DNA of 64,000 nt from an uncultured Planctomycetia bacterium (GTDB lineage: Bacteria > Omnitrophota > Gorgyraeia > 1-14-0-20-64-10). Under the pieces are notes generated by a model. The model had not been told where the DNA came from. It ran no database searches and saw nothing but the letters and a program-made list of their open reading frames with translations. The number at the start of each line of letters is the position of its first letter. Position 1 is the first letter of the stretch. This document shows, piece after piece, positions 9,957 through 18,834 of this stretch. Location: NCBI GenBank assembly GCA_964372395.1, contig CAYJQV010000005.1, positions 126 to 64,125 of the forward strand, written 5' to 3'. A program made the translations under genes and the position numbers.

Positions 9957-9981
9957 AGTAGGAAAGTAGTCAATACCTACT
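9957..9981. promoter_or_regulatory. Inverted repeat AGTAGG-N13-CCTACT upstream of the VapBC-2 operon (candidate operator)
   Basis: AGTAGGaaagtagtcaataCCTACT lies 35-60 nt upstream of the antitoxin start in a relatively AT-rich spacer. Confidence 0.35.
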
Positions 9982-10055
9982 AAGCATGCCGGCGGAAACC
10001 TTGAAGAATCGGTTATTCAACCGATATTTCAATGCAGATCTGAAGGGGCGGTGCC

Positions 10056-13000
10056 TCAGCGTGCCGGCAGGCCGGCCTTGGCCTGGGGGGCGCCGGCGGC
10101 CGCCTCGAGCTGGACCACCTCCTTCTTCGGAGAGACCTTCCAGAAGAGGGGCAGAGCGTTTCCCCAGTCGGACAGAAGCTCCTCCGCCCGACGGCTTCCG
10201 GTGAGCTCCCGGTGCCGGAGGATCATCGATTTGAGCAGGTTCTGGTCCTCCGGATCCTCCACCCGGTGAAGCTCGACGAGGGCCGGGTTGAGCTGTTTGG
10301 GGAAGAGCTCCTCCGGATCGAGAACGAAGGCCTCCCCGCCGGTCATCCCGGCGCCGAAGTTCCGGCCGGTGGGGCCCAGGACGACCACGAGGCCGCCGGT
10401 CATGTACTCGCAGCCGTGATCCCCCAGCCCCTCGACCACCGCACGGGCACCGGAGTTGCGCACGCAGAACCGCTCGCCGGCCCGGCCGGCCACGCAGAGG
10501 GTTCCGCCGGTGGCGCCGTAGAGGACGGTGTTGCCCGCCAGCACAAGCTCCTCGGAATGAGCCGGGATCTTCGGATTCGGACGGATTCCGATCTCCCCGC
10601 CGTGCATCCCCTTGCCCACGTAGTCGTTGGCGTCTCCGGTGAGCAGCAGGCGAATCCCGGAGATGAGAAAGGCGCCGAAGGACTGCCCCGCTGAGCCGGA
10701 AAGCTGCACCTCGATCGAAGCGCCGGCGGGGAGCCCCTGGTCGCCATAGCGGAGGGCGATCCCGTGCGACAGCCGCGTCCCGATGGAACGCTGGTGGTTC
10801 TTCACCGGATAGCGGAGCGTGACCCGCGCCCTGCCCTCGAGGGCGGGCCGCGCCTCGGCCAGGATCTCTTCATCGAGCGGGGTATCCCCCTCCCGGTCGT
10901 TGCGGGAGACGATCCGGCGCCGCGGGCGTTGCCGGCTGGGATCCGGGTCGGCCAGAAGCGGGGACCAGTCGATCGTCGCCCACTTGGGGTTCTCCTTGGC
11001 CTTCGGCCTGACGGCCAGGAGATCCACCCGGCCGATCACCTCGTCCAGCGAGCGGTACCCGAGCTGCGCCAGGATCCGGCGCACCTCCGTCGCCACGAAG
11101 GTGAAGAAATTCACCACGAAGTCCGGCGGGCTCTTGAACTTGGCGCGCAGCTTCGGATCCTGGGTCGCCACGCCGACCGGGCAGGTGTTGAGGTGGCACT
11201 GCCGCACCATGCAGCAGCCGGCCGCCACGAGGGCCGCGGTCCCGAAGTTGAACGACTCGGCACCCAAAAGAGCCGCCACGACCAGGTCCCGCCCGGTCTT
11301 CATCCCCCCGTCGGTGCGGACCGCGATCCGGCCGCGCAGGTCGTTCATCACGAGCACCTGTTGGGTCTCCGCCACCCCCATCTCCCAGGGGGCGCCGGCG
11401 TTCTTGATGGAAGAGAGGGGGCTGGCTCCGGTTCCGCCGTCGTGGCCGGCGATGTGCACGACGTCGGCATAGCCCTTCGCCACCCCGGCGGCGATCGTCC
11501 CCACGCCGGCCTCGGCCACGAGCTTCACGCAGACCTCCGCCTGGGCGTTGGATGCCTTCAGGTCATAGATAAGCTGCGCCAGGTCCTCGATCGAGTAGAT
11601 GTCGTGGTGCGGCGGCGGGGAGATCAAGGTGACGCCGGGAATGGAGTGGCGGATCCTGGCAATCTCCTCCGAGACCTTGTGGCCGGGGAGCTGGCCGCCC
11701 TCGCCCGGCTTGGATCCTTGCGCGATCTTGATCTCCAGCTCCCGCGCCGAGGAAAGATACGCGGGCGTGACCCCGAACCGGCCCGAGGCCACCTGCTTGA
11801 TGGCGCTGTTGGCGGAGTCGCCGTTGGGCAGCGGCTTGAATCGGACCGGATCCTCGCCCCCCTCGCCGGAGTTGGACTTGCCGCCGATCCGGTTCAGGGC
11901 GATGGCCAGGCACTCGTGGGTCTCGCGTGAGAGGGCCCCGTGAGACATGCCAGCGGTGCAGAAGCGCCGGCGGATCGACTCCACCGGCTCCACCTGATCG
12001 AGCGGGACCGGACCGCGGTCCGACTTGAAATCCAACAGGTCCCTCAGGCAGATCGGCTCCCGCCCGTTGACGGCCGCAGCGTACTTCTCGTAGTCGGCCC
12101 ATTCGCCGGAGTGGACCGCCGTGTGCAGGGCATCCAGCACCACGGGATTGAAGGCGTGGCTCTCCCCGTCCCTCCGGAACCGGTAGAAGCCGCCCGGCTC
12201 CAGCGCCGCGGCGGCCGGTTCCGCTCCGGTCCCTGCCGCCTGCGGCCCGTACCCCGATGCGTGCAGCGCCAGGACGTCCCTGGCGAGCAGATCGAAGCCG
12301 ATCCCGCCGATCCGGGAGACGGTGCCGGTGAAGCAGGCTTCGATCACCTCGTTTCCCAACCCGATCGCCTCGAAGATCTGCGCACCCCGGTAGCTCGAGA
12401 CGCAGGAGATCCCCATCTTGGACATGATCTTGAGGATCCCATCCTCGACCGATTTCTCGTAGTTGGCGTAAGATTGCTCCAGCGTCACCCCCTTGATCGT
12501 GCCCTTGGCGTGCGCCCAGGCGATCGCCTGCAGCGCGCCGTAGGGATGGATGGCCGCGGCGCCGTACCCGATCGCCAGCGCGTAATGGTGGATGTCCCAC
12601 GCCTGCGCGGTCTCGCAGACCAGGGAGGCCCTCATCCGCTTGCCGCGCCGGATGAGGTTGTGGTGCACCGCCCCCACCGCCATCTGCAACGGCATCGCCG
12701 CTTGTTCGGCGCTCATCCCGCGGTCGGTGAGGATGAGGATCGTGTGCCCGGCGTCCACCGCGGCGGCCGCCGTTTCACAGAGCCGCCCCAGCGCCTTCTC
12801 CAACCCCGCCGGCCCGTCCGAAACCGGAAAGAGGATCGGGATCCGGATCGATCGGAAGGCCGGGTCGCGGAGCCCCTCGATCCAGGCGAGCTCCGGCTCC
12901 GAGAGGGCCGGCGAGCCGAACTTGATCCACCGGGCGTGCTCGGGGCTCTCCTCCAGAATCGAGCCGCGCGCGCCGAGGGCGGTGTTGAGCGACATGACGA

Positions 13001-14663
13001 GCCTCTCCCGCAGCGGGTCGATCGCGGGATTGGTGACCTGCGCGAAGAGCTGCTTGAAGTAGGCGGCCAGGATCCGCGGACGGGTGGAGAGGATGGCCAG
13101 CGGCGCGTCATCCCCCATGGAGCCCACCGGCTCCTTGCCGGTCTCGGCCATCGCCTTGACGATGAACTGCAGATCCTCCTGGGTGAGGCCGACGGCCCTC
13201 AGGCGCCTCAGAAGCTCCGCCTCGGCGCCGGGCGCGGCTGCGGCATCCGGCGCCGTCACCGGGGGCTTGCCCTCGTTGAGCTTCAGGAGATCCGGCCGGA
13301 GCATGTTGGAATGAACCCAGGCGGCGTACGGCTTTCGCTCGGCCAGCTCCTGTTTGATCTGGTCGTTCCGCAGCACCCGCTTGCGCGCGGTGTCCACCGC
13401 CAGCATCTGGCCGGGCCCCAGCCGGCCCGACTCGATCACCTGCGCCTCGTCGATATCCACGATCCCGACCTCCGATCCGAGGACCACGAGCCCGTCCCGC
13501 GTGATCTTGTACCGCGCCGGCCGCAGGCCGTTCCGGTCGAGGGCCGCCGCCGCGATCACCCCGTCGGTGATGGCCAGCGCCGCCGGGCCGTCCCACGGCT
13601 CCGACAGGCACGCCTGGAATTCAAAGAAGGCCTTCGTCTTCTGGTCCATGCCCGGCATGTTCTGCCACGCCTCGGGAACCAGGATTGTCATCGCATGGAG
13701 CAGCCCATAGCCGGACGAGACCAGCAGCTCCAGCGCGTTGTCCAGCATGGCCGAGTCGGATCCGCCCGCCTGGATCACAGGAACCAGGTCCTGGATCCGG
13801 CCTCCCCAAACCGGGGACTTGAGCTCCGGCTCGCGCGCCCGCATCCAGTTCCGGTTGCCCAGGAGGGTGTTGATCTCCCCGTTGTGGCCCAGGTACCTGA
13901 ACGGCTGGGCCAGGATCCAGTTGGGGAAGGTGTTCGTGGAATAGCGCTGATGGAAAAGCGCGATCGCCGTCTCGAAGGCCGGGTCGGTGAGATCCTCGTA
14001 GAAGTGGTTGAGCTGCGGGGCGACGAGGAGCCCCTTGTAGACGATCGTCCGCGAGGAGAAGGAGGGGATGTAGCACTCCTCCAGGCGCGCCTGGGCAAAG
14101 GCCTTCTCGATGAGCCGCCGCGTGTAGTAGAGGTGCCGCTCGTAATCAAAACCGTAACCGGGGTCTGACCCCGCGGGGTCAGACCCCCTCAGGTTTTCGC
14201 CTTTTCGATTTGGCTTCCCGACCAGCAGGTGCTGGATCGTCGGCATGGTGGCCAGCGCCCGCTCTCCGAGCGCGTCCGGGTTGACCGGCACCTCGCGCCA
14301 GCCGTACAGGGTCAGGCCCTGTTCGCGCATGATCCGCTCGGCGATCCCCTTCGCGGAGAGCCGGGCACTCGGGCTCTGCGGGAAGAAGAAGACGCCGACG
14401 GCCAGATCCTGGACGTTGGCCTTGCCGTTGCCGCAGCCCAGCCGGGCCAGCTCGCGGGCAAACAGCTTCCGGGGGATCTGCGTCAACACCCCCGCCCCGT
14501 CGCCGGACTTGCCGTCTGCCGAGACCGCACCCCGGTGGGTGACACAGCAGACCCCCTGGATCGCCATCCGCAGGATCCGGTGGCTGGGCTTGCCCGAGAC
14601 ATCGGCCACAAAGCCGACCCCGCAGGAGTCCCGTTCGAATTCAGGTTGCCAAAGTGTCTTCAT
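10056..14663 (-). CDS. gltB: Glutamate synthase large subunit
   Basis: 1,535 aa; N-terminal amidotransferase CGVGFVA..., the FMN/Fe-S central domain and the C-terminal GXGXG beta-helix domain are all recognisable; contains an in-frame GSDPAGSDP insertion from a palindromic repeat (14160..14187). Confidence 0.95.
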   Translation of the reverse strand: MKTLWQPEFERDSCGVGFVADVSGKPSHRILRMAIQGVCCVTHRGAVSADGKSGDGAGVLTQIPRKLFARELARLGCGNGKANVQDLAVGVFFFPQSPSARLSAKGIAERIMREQGLTLYGWREVPVNPDALGERALATMPTIQHLLVGKPNRKGENLRGSDPAGSDPGYGFDYERHLYYTRRLIEKAFAQARLEECYIPSFSSRTIVYKGLLVAPQLNHFYEDLTDPAFETAIALFHQRYSTNTFPNWILAQPFRYLGHNGEINTLLGNRNWMRAREPELKSPVWGGRIQDLVPVIQAGGSDSAMLDNALELLVSSGYGLLHAMTILVPEAWQNMPGMDQKTKAFFEFQACLSEPWDGPAALAITDGVIAAAALDRNGLRPARYKITRDGLVVLGSEVGIVDIDEAQVIESGRLGPGQMLAVDTARKRVLRNDQIKQELAERKPYAAWVHSNMLRPDLLKLNEGKPPVTAPDAAAAPGAEAELLRRLRAVGLTQEDLQFIVKAMAETGKEPVGSMGDDAPLAILSTRPRILAAYFKQLFAQVTNPAIDPLRERLVMSLNTALGARGSILEESPEHARWIKFGSPALSEPELAWIEGLRDPAFRSIRIPILFPVSDGPAGLEKALGRLCETAAAAVDAGHTILILTDRGMSAEQAAMPLQMAVGAVHHNLIRRGKRMRASLVCETAQAWDIHHYALAIGYGAAAIHPYGALQAIAWAHAKGTIKGVTLEQSYANYEKSVEDGILKIMSKMGISCVSSYRGAQIFEAIGLGNEVIEACFTGTVSRIGGIGFDLLARDVLALHASGYGPQAAGTGAEPAAAALEPGGFYRFRRDGESHAFNPVVLDALHTAVHSGEWADYEKYAAAVNGREPICLRDLLDFKSDRGPVPLDQVEPVESIRRRFCTAGMSHGALSRETHECLAIALNRIGGKSNSGEGGEDPVRFKPLPNGDSANSAIKQVASGRFGVTPAYLSSARELEIKIAQGSKPGEGGQLPGHKVSEEIARIRHSIPGVTLISPPPHHDIYSIEDLAQLIYDLKASNAQAEVCVKLVAEAGVGTIAAGVAKGYADVVHIAGHDGGTGASPLSSIKNAGAPWEMGVAETQQVLVMNDLRGRIAVRTDGGMKTGRDLVVAALLGAESFNFGTAALVAAGCCMVRQCHLNTCPVGVATQDPKLRAKFKSPPDFVVNFFTFVATEVRRILAQLGYRSLDEVIGRVDLLAVRPKAKENPKWATIDWSPLLADPDPSRQRPRRRIVSRNDREGDTPLDEEILAEARPALEGRARVTLRYPVKNHQRSIGTRLSHGIALRYGDQGLPAGASIEVQLSGSAGQSFGAFLISGIRLLLTGDANDYVGKGMHGGEIGIRPNPKIPAHSEELVLAGNTVLYGATGGTLCVAGRAGERFCVRNSGARAVVEGLGDHGCEYMTGGLVVVLGPTGRNFGAGMTGGEAFVLDPEELFPKQLNPALVELHRVEDPEDQNLLKSMILRHRELTGSRRAEELLSDWGNALPLFWKVSPKKEVVQLEAAAGAPQAKAGLPAR
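14160..14187. repeat. Family-1 palindromic element pair GGGGTCTGACCCC-GC-GGGGTCAGACCCC (perfect 28-bp palindrome) inside gltB
   Basis: Read directly; translated in frame as ...RGSDPAGSDPG... within GltB. Confidence 0.85.
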
Positions 14664-14714
14664 GGTATCGATCTATCCTTACTGTAGATTGTAGCACGGC
14701 CGGGTGGACCCGGT

Positions 14715-15560
14715 TCAGGCGGAGCGGCGGACCAGCACCACGGTCACCGGCCCGATCCGGGATCGGATCTTGACCAGGAGCGGGATGCGATCCTCGTCGG
14801 CGCTGAGCCAGACGCGGGCCTGCGCCCCGTGGAAGAAGGGAACCGGATAGGCCAGCTCCACCCGCCCCTCCACCGCCGGCCGCTCGCCCAGCCGGCCGAC
14901 CCGGACCATGTGGGCCCGGATCACCTGCCCCTTCAGGGCCCAGTTCTTCCCATCGGCGGAGATCTCCAGCGGCACCGTCTTTCCCAGCTCCAGGGGGATC
15001 GTCCGCACGTAGTAGAGCATGCTGAGGCCGTCTTGCGTGGCGGGCTGGATGCTGACGGTGACCTTCCTGTCCTCGGGCAGCTCGTGCAGGGCTGTCGCCA
15101 TGGAGCGATCGAAGGTGATGATGCTCTCGTGCTCCCGCCAGTGCCGTCTCACATACGACTCGAATCGGTGGGGCGCGGCGGTGCTCGGATCCACCCAGCT
15201 CGTCAGCCGGACCCGGACCGGATAGAGGGCCTGAAGGTACCAGTTGGATCGCGCCTGGAAACTCAGCTCAAGAAGATCCCTGCGCTCCTTGTCCGATGGC
15301 CTCGAGGTCTGAAGCGTGGCCGTTCCGACCGGAATCCCCCACCAGGAAACCTCATAGACCAGCTCCTCGCCCACCGGCAGGCTGGTCAGCGGCGGGGTGA
15401 TGGAGCCCGGCGCCTTGCCCGCAGCCGTCGCCGCAGACGGGCTGGGCGGGCTGGGCAGGATGCTGGCCCTCGCGCAGCCGGCCACGAGCGCAAGACCCAG
15501 CAACAGCCGCCACGCTTTGTCAGCTCGCACAGAGTCCCCCCGCGCATTCCGCGGCAGCAA
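14715..15560 (-). CDS. Lipoprotein, DUF3108-like
   Basis: 281 aa; lipobox LALVAGC; YEVSWWGIPVGTATLQT-type beta-rich pattern resembling DUF3108 proteins, which are commonly encoded next to LPS core genes. Confidence 0.4.
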   Translation of the reverse strand: MLPRNARGDSVRADKAWRLLLGLALVAGCARASILPSPPSPSAATAAGKAPGSITPPLTSLPVGEELVYEVSWWGIPVGTATLQTSRPSDKERRDLLELSFQARSNWYLQALYPVRVRLTSWVDPSTAAPHRFESYVRRHWREHESIITFDRSMATALHELPEDRKVTVSIQPATQDGLSMLYYVRTIPLELGKTVPLEISADGKNWALKGQVIRAHMVRVGRLGERPAVEGRVELAYPVPFFHGAQARVWLSADEDRIPLLVKIRSRIGPVTVVLVRRSA

Positions 15561-16560
15561 CCACCTCGTCCACCGTCACCGCCTGCAGGCAAACGAAGCC
15601 GATCGGGCACCGGTGCGCCAGACACGGCCGGCAGCCCACATCCTGATGAAGCACCAAGCTCCGCGGCCCCGTCGGGCCCCAGCGCGTGGGGCTCAATCCC
15701 CCGCCCCACCGGCCGAAGATCGCCACCACCGGTGTGCCCACGGCACAAGCCAGATGAACCGGCCCGCTGTCGTTGGAGATGAGGCACCGGGCCCGGCGCA
15801 GGAGGCAGGCCAGCTCGCCCAAGCCAAATATCCCCAGCGCCGGTGTGACCTGCGCCCACATGCGGCTGACCACCTCCCGGCCGGCGGAAGGATCGTCCGG
15901 GCCGGTCACCACGACCACGCGGGCTCCGTGCCGGGTTGAGAGCAAGTCCCCCACCTCTGCGAAACGCTCCGCCGGCCAGCGCTTGGAAGGGCAGCTCGCG
16001 CCCGGGTGCAGGACAATCAAGGGAAGCTCTCCGACGACCCCGTGCCCTCGGAGGAAGGCGTCGACCTTCGCCTCCTGCTCCGGCCGGATCGGGACAAGGA
16101 GATCCCGCCGTGTGCCCTCCGCGCCGATCAACCGCAGGAGATCGAGATTATACTCCAGCTCGTGGCGGTTGCCCTCCCTTTTCACGTAGGGCAGCCGATG
16201 GGTGAGCAGCCAGGGCAGCCGGCGCGCGTACCCCACCCTTCGCCGGATCCCCGCCAGCCACGTGACAAGGATCACCCGGTTGGTGGAGTGGAGGATGACG
16301 GCCGTGTCGAACCGATCCGCCCTCAGGGCGGAGGCGAATCTCCAGCTCCCCATCCAGCTCTTCTCGCTCCCCTCCTTATCGTACAGGAGGACGGCGTCGA
16401 GATCCGGATGGCCCTCCACCAGCTCACGGTTCTCGGGACGGACCATCATCCCCAGGTAGGCATCCGGGAACGCCTCCCGCAGCGAGCGGATGACCGGGGT
16501 GGAGAGGACGACATCCCCGATCCGGTCGGTGCGGACGATAAGGACGCGAGGAGCGGTCAT
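15520..16560 (-). CDS. Glycosyltransferase family 9 (ADP-heptose:LPS heptosyltransferase-like)
   Basis: About 346 aa from the internal Met (MTAPRVLIVRTDRIGDVVLSTPVIRSL...); C-terminal ...ISNDSGPVHLACAVGTPVVAIFG GT9 signature; the 131-aa Arg/Pro-rich upstream extension in the ORF track is rejected. Confidence 0.7.
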   Translation of the reverse strand: MTAPRVLIVRTDRIGDVVLSTPVIRSLREAFPDAYLGMMVRPENRELVEGHPDLDAVLLYDKEGSEKSWMGSWRFASALRADRFDTAVILHSTNRVILVTWLAGIRRRVGYARRLPWLLTHRLPYVKREGNRHELEYNLDLLRLIGAEGTRRDLLVPIRPEQEAKVDAFLRGHGVVGELPLIVLHPGASCPSKRWPAERFAEVGDLLSTRHGARVVVVTGPDDPSAGREVVSRMWAQVTPALGIFGLGELACLLRRARCLISNDSGPVHLACAVGTPVVAIFGRWGGGLSPTRWGPTGPRSLVLHQDVGCRPCLAHRCPIGFVCLQAVTVDEVVAAAECAGGLCAS

Positions 16561-16780
16561 GCCATCCCTAGCGGCGAGCCCCGCGTCGGGGATGCCCGGC
16601 GGTGCGGCGTCGGAAGGCCGAGCGGGCATGGATCCCGAGGACCTTGGTCCGAGGGAGAGCGAGGCCGGACGCCGCAGTGAGGCCCGGCACGCTGGGCCGG
16701 GCCGAACGGCGCGAGCCGGGCGACCCGGCGGGGGGCTCGCCGCCAGCGAGGTTACTTCGCACCGCTCGCAGGGACATCGG

Positions 16781-17719
16781 CTAGCTCTCCAGGATCTTCG
16801 CGGCAGCCTGGTACACCTCCTCGGCCGGCAGCCACCGCATGCACTCGTGGCCGTACGGGCAGAGGGCCCGCTCGCAGGGTGCGCAGACCAGGGGCAAACG
16901 GACCACGCGTGAGCGGGGGCCGCGCGGCCCGTACTTCCTCTCGTCCGTCGGGCCAAAGATCGCCACCGTCGGGACCCCCATGAGATCCGCCGCGTGCAGG
17001 CCGGCGCTGTCGTTCGTGATGACCAGCGCCGTCCGCGCCAGAAGCGCCGCCAGCTGCCGCAGCGAGGTCTGCCCGACGAGATCGGTGGCCCGCCCGCGCA
17101 TCGCTGAAGCGACCTCCTGCGCGATCGGCCGCTCCGATTCCTCGCCGACGAGGAGGATCTGCGCGGAGATCTCGCGGATGAGCCGGTCCGCCACCTCGGC
17201 GAAGCGCGGAGCGGGCCAGCGCTTCAGGTGGCTGCGCGCACCGGGAACCATCACCACGGGACGGAGCCCGGCCGAGAGCTGCGCCTGAACCCACGCCTCC
17301 TCCTCGGGCCCGAAGGGCAGACGAACGGCATCCCCGCCCGCGCCGATCCCCAGCGACCGGACCAGCGCCAGGTGACTCTCTGTACGGTGCATGCCGGATC
17401 GGTCCTGCCCGCGCCAGAGCGGCGTCCGGCGCCCGGCCGGAATGAGAAAGGGGATCAGGGAATGCCTGAAGTCCACCACCCAGTCGAATCGGACGCGCGC
17501 CAGACGGAAGATCAAAGCGGCCTGGCGGATCAAAGAGGCCCGCTTCTCCCAGATCCAGACCCGGTGCACGCGCGGGTCCGCCTCGAACAGCTCCCGGGTC
17601 CTGGGGGAAGCCAGCAGATGAAACTCGGCGGAGGGCCGCGCCCGCCACAGTGCCCCGATGGCCGGGTAGGTCAGGAGGGCATCGCCCAGATTGCTCAGAC
17701 TGATGATCAGAAACCTCAT
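16781..17719 (-). CDS. Glycosyltransferase family 9 (heptosyltransferase)
   Basis: 312 aa; MRFLIISLSNLGDALLTYPAIGAL..., ...ITNDSAGLHAADLMGVPTVAIFGPTD; ATG overlaps the stop of the upstream GT9 gene (ATGA). Confidence 0.75.
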   Translation of the reverse strand: MRFLIISLSNLGDALLTYPAIGALWRARPSAEFHLLASPRTRELFEADPRVHRVWIWEKRASLIRQAALIFRLARVRFDWVVDFRHSLIPFLIPAGRRTPLWRGQDRSGMHRTESHLALVRSLGIGAGGDAVRLPFGPEEEAWVQAQLSAGLRPVVMVPGARSHLKRWPAPRFAEVADRLIREISAQILLVGEESERPIAQEVASAMRGRATDLVGQTSLRQLAALLARTALVITNDSAGLHAADLMGVPTVAIFGPTDERKYGPRGPRSRVVRLPLVCAPCERALCPYGHECMRWLPAEEVYQAAAKILES

Positions 17720-18834
17720 GGGGTCTGACCCTCCGGGGTCTGACCCTCCGGGGTCTGACCCTCCGGGGTCTGACCCTCTGGGGTCTGACCCTCTGGGGTC
17801 TGACCCCGGTTCAAAAGCCGTGCGGCCTGCTCCAACACCTCCTCCACCGCGATCTGATGCATGCAGAGGTTCACCGGGCAGTGCAGGCGGTAGCAGGGAA
17901 CCGGACAGCCGATGGAGCCGAAGAGGACCGCCGTGCCCTGCCCAGCCGGTGGTCCGGTCAGCTCCGGCTTCGTGGGCCCGAACAGCCCGATGACCGGGAT
18001 GCCGACGGCTGCACCCAGGTGCAGCGGCCCGGAATCGTTGGAGAGGAGCAGCCGCGCGTGCGCGAGAAGCGCCCCCAGCTCGCGAAAGCTCGTCCGGCCG
18101 GCGGCCGCGAGCGCCGGCCCGCGCATCCTGCCCCGGATCTCCTCAACCAGAGCCCGATCCCCTTCCCCTCCGACAAAGAGCACGCGCGCGCGGAATCGGT
18201 CCCTCAAGTCATCCGCCAGGCGGGCGAAGTTTCCCGCCGGCCACCGCTTGAGCCGCCAGTTGGCGCCGGCGTGCAGGGCGACCAGCGGCTCCCCTTCTTC
18301 CACCCCGAGCTCCCGCAGGAGGCGCTCCGCCGCGTCCCGGTCCTCCCGGCGGATCCCGATCTCGTACTGCATGCCGTCACGCCGGATTCCGTCCGCCTCC
18401 ACCATCCGCAGAAACCATTCCGCCTTGTGGATCGAATCGGGCGCAGGAGGATCGGCCGCCGTGGTGAGCAGCCATCCCCGCTTCCACGTCCGGTAGCCGA
18501 CCCGGTGCGGAATACCGGCGGCCCGGACCCAGAGCGCCCGGGTGAGGGAACGGTGGAAGAGATACGCGGCATCGAACCGCTCCTCCCGCAGCCGGCGGAT
18601 GATCCTCCCCCAGCGGAAAAGGTTCGGCAGGCCCCGGACCTCCTCCAGCAGGATCACCTCATCCAGGTTCGGATTGCCCTCCAGGAGATCCAGCCCCCGC
18701 GGGGGAACCAGGCAGGCGATGAAGCTGTCCGGGTGCGCCCGGCGGATCGCCCGGATCGCCGGGGTCATGAAGAGGAGGTCCCCCAGCCAGTTCACTGCCA
18801 CGATCAGGATCCGTTTACGAGAGGGCGCCGGCAT
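17716..18834 (-). CDS. Glycosyltransferase family 9 (heptosyltransferase II-like) with C-terminal (GQTPE)n repeat tail
   Basis: 372 aa; ILIVAVNWLGDLLFMTPAIRAI..., ...LSNDSGPLHLGAAVGIPVIGLFGPT; the last 30 aa are GQTPE x6 encoded by the 15-bp tandem repeat at 17720..17807. Confidence 0.75.
   Translation of the reverse strand: MPAPSRKRILIVAVNWLGDLLFMTPAIRAIRRAHPDSFIACLVPPRGLDLLEGNPNLDEVILLEEVRGLPNLFRWGRIIRRLREERFDAAYLFHRSLTRALWVRAAGIPHRVGYRTWKRGWLLTTAADPPAPDSIHKAEWFLRMVEADGIRRDGMQYEIGIRREDRDAAERLLRELGVEEGEPLVALHAGANWRLKRWPAGNFARLADDLRDRFRARVLFVGGEGDRALVEEIRGRMRGPALAAAGRTSFRELGALLAHARLLLSNDSGPLHLGAAVGIPVIGLFGPTKPELTGPPAGQGTAVLFGSIGCPVPCYRLHCPVNLCMHQIAVEEVLEQAARLLNRGQTPEGQTPEGQTPEGQTPEGQTPEGQTP
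17720..17807. repeat. Tandem array, about 6 copies of the 15-bp unit GGGGTCTGACCCTCC (family-1 repeat core)
   Basis: Direct repeats 17720-17734, 17735-17749, 17750-17764, 17765-17779, 17780-17794, 17795-17807; they encode the C-terminal tail of the GT9 gene and abut the start of the next GT9 gene. Confidence 0.9.

Noticed and set aside
10764-14168. Long + strand ORFs (388 aa and 742 aa) antisense to gltB
   Set aside because: They lie opposite a full-length, motif-rich gltB and their translations are low-complexity Arg/Pro/Gly-rich. This is the typical GC-rich antisense artefact. The same reasoning applies to the ORFs at 7602..8606, 22060..24291, 34402..36396, 35465..37447, 38256..39785, 43610..45091, 57940..59520 and 60909..62729.
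16561-16780. Small gene in the 220-bp spacer between two heptosyltransferase genes (69-aa ORF at 16568..16777)
   Set aside because: Its translation is Arg/Ala/Pro-rich with no motif or RBS. It is treated as noncoding GC-rich spacer.
17720-17807. CRISPR array
   Set aside because: The repeats are 15 bp and directly contiguous with no spacers, and they lie inside a coding sequence. The copies at 30532..30574 are likewise contiguous. This is not CRISPR architecture.
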